Origin: an uncultured Chloroflexia bacterium
Lineage (GTDB): Bacteria > Chloroflexota > Limnocylindria > Limnocylindrales > CSP1-4
Reading direction: 5' to 3'
Length of the DNA: 64,000 bases
Assembly (NCBI GenBank): GCA_963707215.1
Contig: CAVPPB010000003.1
Coordinates: forward strand, 1,504,001 to 1,568,000
The first letter of the stretch is position 1; each line of letters begins with the position of its first letter. The position numbers were made by a program, and so were the translations under genes. Under the pieces are notes generated by a model that saw nothing but the letters and a program-made list of their open reading frames with translations, did not search any database and was not told where the DNA came from. This document shows positions 1 to 8,538 of the stretch, in pieces.

Positions 1-463
1 CGGTCGCATAACCGATGGAGACCATCGTCCGGACGACGCGATCCCTGGGGACACCGAGCAGCTCGCCGATCGGGCCCTGAGCATCGTCACGGGCCCGGGC
101 GATCCCCGTCGACAGGCCATGAGCGGCTGCGGCGATCATGATCCGCTCCGCGACGCGGCCCTCGTCGAAATTGTCGCTCTCGACCCCCCGTGGCTCCATG
201 GCCACGCAGACGACGACCGGGGCGACACCGATGTGCGGGGTGTTCGTGGCGATCTCGGCCATCCGGCGCCGGGTCGCCGCGTCGGTCACGACGACGAATG
301 TCCAGGGTTGTCGGTTGCTCACACTGCCGGTCCAGCGGGCAACGTCCAGGATGTCCCGCAGGGCATCCTCGGGGACCGGGTCGGGCCGGTAGTCGCGTGT
401 CTGGCGGACGCGCTTGACGAGTCTGGTGGCGGTGGATGGATCGAGGGTGTTCGAGTCGGTCAT
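1..463 (-). CDS. Nitroreductase family protein (partial, runs off window start)
   Basis: Not in the ORF track. My translation from ATG 463 gives MTDSN...KRVRQTRDYRPDPVPEDALRDILDVARWTGSVSNRQPWTFVVV...SIGY, the typical nitroreductase R-x-x-R and N-x-QPW motifs. TAGACT -10 lies 6 nt upstream. Confidence 0.85.
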   Translation of the reverse strand, partial: MTDSNTLDPSTATRLVKRVRQTRDYRPDPVPEDALRDILDVARWTGSVSNRQPWTFVVVTDAATRRRMAEIATNTPHIGVAPVVVCVAMEPRGVESDNFDEGRVAERIMIAAAAHGLSTGIARARDDAQGPIGELLGVPRDRVVRTMVSIGYAT

Positions 464-539
464 GCCCCGAGTCTAGCGGCGAGCGCCCGATCCGAGGGAC
501 CGGCTACCCTGTCGTCCACGAGCACGACGAGGAGCGCAC

Positions 540-2060
540 ATGGCAGACCAGGACCCGGCCGTGACCGAGGAACGGCCGACCAGCAAGCCCGACGAGGCCA
601 AGGCGACGCCGGCGCCGACAGTGCCTCCCCCGGTGGATGACCTCGTCGAACGATCGCACAGCCTCTCGATCGGCCGCCGCCGGAAGCTCGAATACACCTC
701 GCGAGCCGGCCGGGTCGTCCTCCGGGAGGAGGTCACCGAGGATGGCAAAGCACAGGGTCATAAGCCGAAGGCGACCGTCTTCCTGACGTCGTACACGCTC
801 GACGGAGCCGTCCCGCGCGAACGGCCGGTGGTCTTCGCCTTCAACGGCGGGCCTGGGTCGTCGAGCGTCTGGCTCCACCTGGGGCTGCTGGGACCCCGCC
901 GGGTCGTCGCCGGTGATGCCGGGGCACTGGTGCCGCCCCCGTACGACCTCGTCGACAACGTCGAGACGCTGCTTGCCCATGCCGACCTCGTATTCATCGA
1001 CCCGGTCGCCACCGGCTACTCCCGGGCGCTGGACGGGGAGAAGGCCCACGAGTACTCGGGCTTCGGCCGCGACCTCGAGTCGGTCGGCGAGGTCATCCGG
1101 CTCTGGACGTCCCGGAACGGCCGCTGGATGTCGCCCAAGTTCCTCGCCGGCGAGTCCTACGGGACGCTCCGGGCGGCCGGCCTGGCCGCCCACCTCCAGG
1201 AGCGTCACGGGATGTATGTCAACGGGATCATCCTGGTCTCGGCGGTCCTCGACCTGAGCAGCATCGACGTCGCCGAGGGCAACGAGCGGCCCTACGCCCT
1301 GTTCCTGCCGAGCTACGCGGCGATCGCCAACTACCACGGCAAGCACGGCGACCGCCCACTCGAGGACGTCCTGGCGGAGGCGACCGCCTACGCCGCCGGC
1401 GAGTACCCCCGCCTGCTCGCTCTCGGCAACCGGATCACCCCGGCGGAACGGCGTCGGGCGGTCCGCAGGATCGCCGACCTGACCGGCCTGTCGCGCGACT
1501 ATGTCGATCGCGTCGATCTGCGCATCGAGCACATCCGCTTCTTCACCGAGCTGCTCCGCGACCAGGGTCGCTCGGTCGGACGGCTCGATGGCCGGTTCCT
1601 GGGCTGGGAGCCCGACGGCGGCCGGGAGCACTTCTCGGCCGATCCCTCGATGTCGGCGATCATGGGTCCCTACACCGCCGCCTTCAACCACTACGTCCGC
1701 TCCGAGTTGGGCTACGAGAACGACCTGCCCTACGAGATCCTCGCGATGAAGGCGCACGAGGCCTGGTCGTACAAGGAGTTCGAGGGCAAGCCGATCGCGG
1801 TCATCGAGCGGCTCGGCGAGGCGATGCGGGCCAACCCGCACCTCCGGGTCCACGTCGCCTCGGGCTGGTACGACGGGGCGACCCCGTACTTCGCCACCGA
1901 GGAAGTCATGGCCCACGTGCCGATCCCGGCCGAGCTCCGCCCCAACATCGAGTACGCCTACTACCCGGCCGGCCACATGATGTACGTCCATGAGCCCTCG
2001 AGGCTCCGGCAGTCGCGCGACCTGGCCGAGTTCGTGGAGCGCGCCTCGCGCACCGACTAG
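540..2060 (+). CDS. Peptidase S10 (serine carboxypeptidase-like)
   Basis: FNGGPGSSS, FIDPVATGYS, GESYG nucleophile and GHMMY catalytic His motifs; SD gaggag upstream. Confidence 0.9.
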   Translation: MADQDPAVTEERPTSKPDEAKATPAPTVPPPVDDLVERSHSLSIGRRRKLEYTSRAGRVVLREEVTEDGKAQGHKPKATVFLTSYTLDGAVPRERPVVFAFNGGPGSSSVWLHLGLLGPRRVVAGDAGALVPPPYDLVDNVETLLAHADLVFIDPVATGYSRALDGEKAHEYSGFGRDLESVGEVIRLWTSRNGRWMSPKFLAGESYGTLRAAGLAAHLQERHGMYVNGIILVSAVLDLSSIDVAEGNERPYALFLPSYAAIANYHGKHGDRPLEDVLAEATAYAAGEYPRLLALGNRITPAERRRAVRRIADLTGLSRDYVDRVDLRIEHIRFFTELLRDQGRSVGRLDGRFLGWEPDGGREHFSADPSMSAIMGPYTAAFNHYVRSELGYENDLPYEILAMKAHEAWSYKEFEGKPIAVIERLGEAMRANPHLRVHVASGWYDGATPYFATEEVMAHVPIPAELRPNIEYAYYPAGHMMYVHEPSRLRQSRDLAEFVERASRTD

Positions 2061-2068
2061 GCACGATC

Positions 2069-2755
2069 GTGAACGCTCCGCGGGACGACGACGCGTCGGC
2101 AGCCGGACCGAGTCCGCCCGCGTCGCGCCGGGCCTCGCTCGTCCGGGTCGCCGGGGCCCTCCTGTTCGCCGCCGGCGGCATCACGATCATGGGCATCATC
2201 ACGGCCGAGGCGATCTTCCCCGGCAGCTACGCGACCGGGGCCAACGAGATCAGCGAGCTCGGGGGTCGAGGCGGCCGGGACGGGCCCGTCAGCTCGGCGA
2301 CCCTCTTCAACGGCGCTCTCGTCACGGCCGGGCTGTGCACCCTCGGGGCGGCCCTGGCGCTCTGGCGAGCCTCGACCGGCAGATCGCTGCCGGCGCTGCT
2401 GGCGATCCTCGCATCGGGGCTGTTCGGGGTCGGGCTGCTCCCCGGTGGCACCGGCTGGACCCACCAGGCCGCCGCCCTCGTGGTGTTCGTCGCCGGCGGG
2501 AGCGCCGCCCTGGCATCGGGGCGCGTGGCACGGCCGCCGTTCACCTACGTGGCGTTCGCGATCGGTGCGGCCTCGCTCATCGTGCTCCTCGTCTACCTGG
2601 TGGTCCGCAACGACGCGCCGCTGCCGGGCCTCGGCGTCGGCGGGCTGGAGCGCTGGATCGCCTATCCGCTCCTCGTATGGTGCGTCGGCTTCGGTGGATA
2701 CCTGATGGCGACCCACGACGTCGACCGGAGAAGCCCGGGCAGCGATCCGGGCTAG
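2069..2755 (+). CDS. DUF998-like membrane protein
   Basis: About 6 hydrophobic helices; Y...N.ISELG and GGLERWIAYP motifs. Confidence 0.75.
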   Translation: MNAPRDDDASAAGPSPPASRRASLVRVAGALLFAAGGITIMGIITAEAIFPGSYATGANEISELGGRGGRDGPVSSATLFNGALVTAGLCTLGAALALWRASTGRSLPALLAILASGLFGVGLLPGGTGWTHQAAALVVFVAGGSAALASGRVARPPFTYVAFAIGAASLIVLLVYLVVRNDAPLPGLGVGGLERWIAYPLLVWCVGFGGYLMATHDVDRRSPGSDPG

Positions 2756-2794
2756 GGCTGGCGGCGGCCTCGCAGCCGTCGCCGACCGCTCGCC

Positions 2795-3535
2795 TCAGTC
2801 GGGATCGACAAGGGCGATCCGGATCCGCTTGTTGATGCGGCCCTTGGATTCGTAGCCGGTGACCCGGATCGCCCCGACCTCGTTCGTGTTCGTGACGTGC
2901 GTTCCACCGTCCGCCTGGAGGTCGAGCCCGACGATCTCGATGGTCCTGATCTGCTCGATCCCAGGCGGCAGGAGGTTGACCTTCGTCCGGATCAGGTCGG
3001 GGATCGCGAAGGCCTCCTCGCGCGGCAGGACGTCGACCCGGACCAGCCGGCCCGATGCCAGCTCGGCGTTGACCGCCGTCTCGATCGAGTCGACGAGGTC
3101 GGCGCTCATCCGCTCGAACTCGAAGTCCATCCGGCCGGCACCCGGTTCCATGTTGCCGCCGGTCACGAGGGCGCCGTGGTCGCGCCAGACCACCCCGCAC
3201 AGCGCATGGAGCGCGGTGTGGGTCCGCATGAGCGAGTAGCGACGAGCCCACTCGAGCTCGGCGACGAGCCGATCACCGGGAGCCGGTGGCTCGACACCGG
3301 GCTCGAGCTCGTGGACGGTCTCGCCGCCGACCTTGCGCGCAGCCCGGACGGTCCATCGGCGGCCATCCGAAGCCCGCAGGAGCAGACCGCGGTCCGACGG
3401 CTGGCCTCCGCCGCCAGGGTAGAAGACCGTCCGGTCGAGGACGACCAGTGACGCCTCGTCCGAATCGTCGACCGTGCCGACGTTCGCCTCGACGGCCCGG
3501 AGGTAGGCATCCTGGTAGCACAGGTTGACGTTCAC
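2795..3535 (-). CDS. alaX: Free-standing alanyl-tRNA editing protein (AlaX-M type)
   Basis: LDRTVFYPGGGGQPSDRG, MRTHTALH (HxxxH) and QADGGTHV motifs. Confidence 0.9.
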   Translation of the reverse strand: MNVNLCYQDAYLRAVEANVGTVDDSDEASLVVLDRTVFYPGGGGQPSDRGLLLRASDGRRWTVRAARKVGGETVHELEPGVEPPAPGDRLVAELEWARRYSLMRTHTALHALCGVVWRDHGALVTGGNMEPGAGRMDFEFERMSADLVDSIETAVNAELASGRLVRVDVLPREEAFAIPDLIRTKVNLLPPGIEQIRTIEIVGLDLQADGGTHVTNTNEVGAIRVTGYESKGRINKRIRIALVDPD

Positions 3536-3586
3536 CTGAGGCCTCCGACTGCGGGCGGCGGCGCGGTCGAGGGCCGCCGCGGGCGC

Positions 3587-4069
3587 CTACCGGACGATGA
3601 GCTCCCCGACCATGTTCGGGTGCACGGTGCAGATGAACACGTACGTGCCCGCTGGCAGGGCAGGCACGTCGTACACCCGTGTCTCGACACCGTTGAAGAT
3701 CTCGCCCATCCAGAGCGACATGCTCATCGCGTCGCGGATCTCGACGTTGTGCGGCACGCCGGCGTCGTTGTTGGTGAAGCGGATCTGGAACGGCGTGTCG
3801 GCGGGAGCCTCCAGGGTGTCCGTATCGAAGGCGATGTTCTGGGCGCTGATATCAAGGACGACACCGCCGGCGCCTCCGGTGCCTTCCGACGGAGCCGCGG
3901 AGGCGCCAGCCGACGGTTCGGAGGTCGGTTCGACCGACGCGTCGGCCGACGGGACCGGCGTCGGGGACGGGGCCGGTGCGTAGGTCCAGCCGGGCGAGGT
4001 ACTGCCGGCGCAGGCGGCTACTGCCAGGGCGACAAGGGCCAACAGGACGAGAGATCGGATGGAGCGCAT
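3587..4069 (-). CDS. Cupredoxin-domain lipoprotein
   Basis: Lipobox VAAC; PHN...Y.FICTVHPNM type-1 copper ligands (His, Cys, His, Met). Confidence 0.85.
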   Translation of the reverse strand: MRSIRSLVLLALVALAVAACAGSTSPGWTYAPAPSPTPVPSADASVEPTSEPSAGASAAPSEGTGGAGGVVLDISAQNIAFDTDTLEAPADTPFQIRFTNNDAGVPHNVEIRDAMSMSLWMGEIFNGVETRVYDVPALPAGTYVFICTVHPNMVGELIVR

Positions 4070-4217
4070 CGAGGCGTGGGTCTCCGTGCGGATGGGTGGC
4101 GGGCGACAGCCGTCGGCCGAGGACGCGGTGGGGTGAGCCCCGAATCTACCGCCGAACGGCGGAGGACGTGGAGACGGCCCTCCCGGGTGCTGCGAGGAGG
4201 TCGCCGGCGCCGGTCGA

Positions 4218-7200
4218 TCAGCGGGAGACGGTGAGCCCCAGGCGGATGGCGACGGTCGCCGCCTCGACCCGGCCGGAGACGCCGAGTTTGGCGAGGATGT
4301 TGCCGACGTGCACGCCGACGGTCTTCTGGCTGATGAAGAGCCGATCGCCGATCTCGCGGTTGGTCCGACCCTCGGCCAGGAGCGCGAGCACCTCCCGCTC
4401 GCGGGGGCTCAGCCCGAAGGTATCCGCGGGTGCCGCCGCCCCATCCGCCAGCAGCGTCCTGGTGACCGAGGCGCCGACGCTCTCCGCCGCCGTAGCGGCG
4501 ACCACTGGCCCCGGGCCGACCGGCACCGCGATCGGCTCCGCGGCCACGGCCACCGAACCGACCGGAGCCGCCAGCAACGACTCGACCGTGTCGGCCAGCG
4601 ACTCGGGCAACCGGATGAGGGCTCGACCGGCAAGGTCGCGCAGCTCGCGCAGGAGAGGGAGCGCGCCGAGCTCGCTGGCGATCGTCGTCGCTTCGACCAG
4701 CGCCCCCCGGGCGGCGGGCCGGGCGACCCGGGCGTCGTCGCTCGCGACCAGCGCGGCCTCGGCCTGCCGCCAGCGGGCCTTGGCGGCCTGGTACCGGTCG
4801 CCGATCGCCTCGAGGGCCATCGCCACGGAGGCCCAGGCGCTCGGATCGTCGCGCCCGTCGATCCTGGCGTGGTAGGCCCGCGCGACCATGAGCCGGGCGT
4901 CGGCCTCCCGCCGCGAGCCCAGGCTCGGGTCCACGCCGGCGATCGCCACTGCCTCGGCCGCCTCGCGGAGGACCCGGCCGGCGGTGGTGCGGGCCTCGGC
5001 GATCGTGGCCAGGTCGCGTCGGCGACGGGCATCGGCGACGTCGGCCGCGGCGACTTCGAGGACCGTGGCAGCCAGGCGGGCGATCAGTGCCCAGTCCTCC
5101 GTACCGCGCGCACGCTCCCAGCCGAGGGATGCGGCCCTCCGAGCGTCGACGACATCGTCGCGCCAGAGCGCGAACGACGCGGCCGCCTGGTAGACGGGTG
5201 GCGCGTACTGCGGATCGGGGACCGTCTCGAGGTCGACCAGGAGCTGGCCGAGCAGGCGGTCGGCGACCTCGCCGGCCGTCGATTCGACCTCGATCGTAGC
5301 CAGGTTGATGGCGGCATTCGCCCAGCCGAACCCGGCCGGGTTCCACTCCAGCGAGGATCGGGCCAGGGCGCGAGCCTCGTCCCAGCGACCGAGCAGGAAG
5401 AGGGTGTCGGCCGCGTTCCCGCGGAGCCAGTTGCCGTAGACCGCCTCCTGGCCGACCTCGCGGGCGGCGGCGATCCCCTCCATCGCGACATCCACGGCGG
5501 CTTCGCGCTCACCCATGAGATCGAGGACGGTCGAGTGGTTGGCGTAGGCGCGGAACACCTCATCGAGGCGACCCGATCGGCGAGCCGTCTCGCGGGCCTC
5601 CTCAAGATGGCGGATGCCACGCTCGGGGTCCTCACCCCAGCCCTCCGAGACGCCGAGCGTCGTCAGCGCATGGGCGGACTCGCCGAGGGCGGCGTCGCCG
5701 ACGGCACGGGAGACCTCGAGCGCCTCGTTGGCCAGCACGATGGCCTCCTCGAAGTGGCCCACGAGCATGCGGATCTGAGCCAGTGCCGCCAGGATCCTGG
5801 CGCGTTCGCGACCGGCATCGGGGGGGACCATACGGACGGCTCGGCGAAGTGTCTCCTCCGCTCCATCGCGATCGCCCGCGGTCCATCGGTAGCGCCCCAG
5901 ACGGGCGAGGAGCTTGGCCAGGGCCAGCCGATCCTGGGCTTCGTCAAGCCCTGCCGCGGCCGCCTCCCCGAAGGCCACCGCACGGTCGGCCCCGCCGGCG
6001 GCGAAGGCGGCTCGACCGGCCCGGGCCAGCAGGTCCGAGAGCGAGGCCTCGTCATAGGCCTCGCCTCCGGGCACTGTCAACTCAAGGGCGGCCTCAAGGA
6101 ACGCCAGAGCCTGGTCCGGGGCGTCCAGGGCCTCGGCGGCCGCCGCGGCCGCGACCGCCGCGGGACGTGCCTCGTCCGGGCGGCCGGCCGCGATCCAGTG
6201 GTGCACCGCGATCGCCGGGCGATCCACCGCGGCCTGAGCGAGGGCCGCGTGGAGCCGCGGGCGCTGGTGCGGCAGGAGGTCACCTTCGATGGCGCGGGCG
6301 ACCAGCTCGTGTCGGATGGCGAACCAGGGACCTGGATCGGTCGATCCCAGCGGCGCCGGTCGCTCGACGATGATGCCGTGGTCCAGACCCTCGGCGAGTC
6401 CGGCCGACAGGTCCGGATCCAGCGGTCCCTCGGCCGACCGGGGGGCGGTCGTGGAGCGGGGCGGCGGCCGGTGCCGGCCAGCCTCGAACACCTCGGCCAC
6501 GACCGCGATCTCCGTCCCCGAGACGGGCCGCCCGGCCGGCGCCACGAACCGCAGGAGGCGTCGGCATTCGGGGGACCGGTCGGCCAGGCGAGCCCGGACC
6601 AGGTCTTCCAGCGAGCCGGTGAGCGATGCTCCGGACAGCTCGCGGCGGGCTGCCAGGAGCTCCTCGGCGACGAGCGGGCTGCCAGCCGAGCGCTCCGCGA
6701 CCAGCAGCAACACTGTGGCGCTGGGTCGCTCGCCCTCGATCCCGGTGATGAGCTGGGCCAGCTCGTCACGGTCGAGCGGACCCAGGTGCAGGGTGGCAGG
6801 CGGGCGTGGCGAGCTCTGCATCGCCGCCATGGTCGAGTGGACCGGGTGGTCGCGGTGGAGCGCGTCAGGCTGATAGCTGGCGATGACCGCGATCCGCTGG
6901 CCACGAGAGACCCGCGAGATGAACTCGGCGAACGACCGGGTGGCCGGGTCGGCCCGATGGAGGTCGTCGAGCATCAGGACCACCGGCGATGATTCGGCCA
7001 GGCGGGTCATGATGCCGAAGAGGCCCTCGAGGAGCCGCGACTGGCGGCGCTCGAGGTCCGAGACGAGCGGACGATCGGGCAGCAGGCCGAGCTCGGTGAG
7101 GCGCCGGCCCAGGATCGGCAGGAGTCGGACGAGCTCGCCGCCGTTGGGTCCGACGACGTCGGCCAGGTCACGGTCCGACAAGCGAAGCAGATGCGGCTCG

Positions 7201-7457
7201 AGCCCGGCGACGAGCGGCCCATAGGCCCGCCCGTCAGCAGCCGCATCGGCCTGGCAGCGGACGACCGTGACCGGCTCGCCCTCGAGGGAGAGCCGGCGCG
7301 TGGCTTCCTCGAGGAAGCGGGAGGCCCCGAGCCCGGCATCGGCCGCGATCAGGAGCGTCGTGGGCTCACCCCCCGCCGCGGCCTCGACGACCGCGGCGAG
7401 CCGGGCGAACTCGGCCGCCCGCCCCACGAACCGCGCACTGGCGTACGGCCCGGTCAT
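4218..7457 (-). CDS. Large LuxR-family regulator (AAA/STAND-like domain, TPR-like region, C-terminal LuxR HTH)
   Basis: FVGRAAE N-terminus, degenerate P-loop DAGLGAS, LDDLHRAD Walker B, C-terminal LSPREREVLALLAEGRTNREIGDRLFISQKTV. Start placed at ATG 7457, 7 nt after TAGAAT. Confidence 0.9.
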   Translation of the reverse strand: MTGPYASARFVGRAAEFARLAAVVEAAAGGEPTTLLIAADAGLGASRFLEEATRRLSLEGEPVTVVRCQADAAADGRAYGPLVAGLEPHLLRLSDRDLADVVGPNGGELVRLLPILGRRLTELGLLPDRPLVSDLERRQSRLLEGLFGIMTRLAESSPVVLMLDDLHRADPATRSFAEFISRVSRGQRIAVIASYQPDALHRDHPVHSTMAAMQSSPRPPATLHLGPLDRDELAQLITGIEGERPSATVLLLVAERSAGSPLVAEELLAARRELSGASLTGSLEDLVRARLADRSPECRRLLRFVAPAGRPVSGTEIAVVAEVFEAGRHRPPPRSTTAPRSAEGPLDPDLSAGLAEGLDHGIIVERPAPLGSTDPGPWFAIRHELVARAIEGDLLPHQRPRLHAALAQAAVDRPAIAVHHWIAAGRPDEARPAAVAAAAAAEALDAPDQALAFLEAALELTVPGGEAYDEASLSDLLARAGRAAFAAGGADRAVAFGEAAAAGLDEAQDRLALAKLLARLGRYRWTAGDRDGAEETLRRAVRMVPPDAGRERARILAALAQIRMLVGHFEEAIVLANEALEVSRAVGDAALGESAHALTTLGVSEGWGEDPERGIRHLEEARETARRSGRLDEVFRAYANHSTVLDLMGEREAAVDVAMEGIAAAREVGQEAVYGNWLRGNAADTLFLLGRWDEARALARSSLEWNPAGFGWANAAINLATIEVESTAGEVADRLLGQLLVDLETVPDPQYAPPVYQAAASFALWRDDVVDARRAASLGWERARGTEDWALIARLAATVLEVAAADVADARRRRDLATIAEARTTAGRVLREAAEAVAIAGVDPSLGSRREADARLMVARAYHARIDGRDDPSAWASVAMALEAIGDRYQAAKARWRQAEAALVASDDARVARPAARGALVEATTIASELGALPLLRELRDLAGRALIRLPESLADTVESLLAAPVGSVAVAAEPIAVPVGPGPVVAATAAESVGASVTRTLLADGAAAPADTFGLSPREREVLALLAEGRTNREIGDRLFISQKTVGVHVGNILAKLGVSGRVEAATVAIRLGLTVSR

Positions 7458-7605
7458 GGCGGCCATTCTACGGGCGCGGTCCGAGCGCTGGTCGGGCCGG
7501 TGGCCACGGAGTCCCCTGCTGACTGCGGGGACGCACCGGCTTCTCGCCGGGCCGACACGGGACGTCGGCGTCGCATCCGCCGTCCAGGGCGGCTAGGCTG
7601 GCCGG

Positions 7606-8538
7606 GTGCAGGAGCGCCGGCCGCCCCATCCCGCGAACGAGCTCAACGAGCTGAGCGGCGAGGAGTGGCTCTACTTCACCAAGTCGGTCTGGTCGACGGC
7701 CTACCCCTCCGAGCTCGGCCACGCGCTCCGGAAGGCCCATGGGGCGAACAAGCCGCCCCGCCTGATGGCCCGCCTGATCGAGTTCTTCACCCGCTCCGGG
7801 GAGCTGGTCCTCGACCCGTTCGCCGGCGTCGGCGGGACGCTGCTGGGGGCGGCGATCGCGCGCGGTCCACGCCGAGCGCTGGGGCTCGAGCTGGACCCTC
7901 GCTGGGCGGCCGTGTACGAGACCGTGCTCGCCGCCGCCCAGGCCGAGCGGGATGGCGCTGGGCCCCTGCTGGCGGATCTCGGGGCGCAGGATCCCGGCGG
8001 CCCGCGGAGCTTCGACCCGTCAGGCCTCGAGCTCAGGGTCGGAGATGCCGTCGAGTTCCTCGCCGAGCTGCCGGACGACGCCGTCGACTTCGTGGCGACC
8101 GATCCGCCGTACAACATCCAGCTGCCGCTGACGATGGCCGGCGGTCCTCTTGCCGAGCGTCACGCGAACCGCCGGACCGACTACGCGATGATCGGCGACG
8201 ACCCGGCCGACCTGGCCAACAGCCCGGACTACGGGACGTACCTCGACCGGATGGAGGGCGTCCTGCGAGAGCTGCACCGGGTCCTGCGGCCTGGCCGCTA
8301 CGCGACCGTCATCGTCCGCGACGCCTACCAGGGTGGTCGCTACCTGTTCACGGCGGCAGACCTCGCGGCCCGGGCGAGCGACGTCGGGTTCGTGCCGAAG
8401 GGGGACCTGGTCTGGTACCAGGCCGGCACCCGGCTCCGCCCGTACGGCTATCCGCGGAGCTTCGTGCCGAACATCGCCCACCAGCACATCCTGGTGCTCC
8501 GCCGGGAAGGTCAGGCGCGGGCCCGGGCGGCCCGGTAG
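7606..8538 (+). CDS. Orphan amino (N4-C/N6-A) nucleic-acid methyltransferase
   Basis: H.ANKPP.L, VLDPFAGVGGT (SAM motif I), TDPPY (motif IV), LHRVLRPGRY. Confidence 0.85.
   Translation: MQERRPPHPANELNELSGEEWLYFTKSVWSTAYPSELGHALRKAHGANKPPRLMARLIEFFTRSGELVLDPFAGVGGTLLGAAIARGPRRALGLELDPRWAAVYETVLAAAQAERDGAGPLLADLGAQDPGGPRSFDPSGLELRVGDAVEFLAELPDDAVDFVATDPPYNIQLPLTMAGGPLAERHANRRTDYAMIGDDPADLANSPDYGTYLDRMEGVLRELHRVLRPGRYATVIVRDAYQGGRYLFTAADLAARASDVGFVPKGDLVWYQAGTRLRPYGYPRSFVPNIAHQHILVLRREGQARARAAR

Noticed and set aside
4308-6992. 894-aa + strand ORF, and similar long ORFs (504-1991, 20855-22801, 23462-26029, 31685-34054, 37205-39346, 44331-46346, 55181-57046, 56500-58389)
   Set aside because: Antisense or off-frame shadows of well-supported genes; Arg/Gly/Pro-rich with no motifs, as expected when stop codons are rare at high GC.
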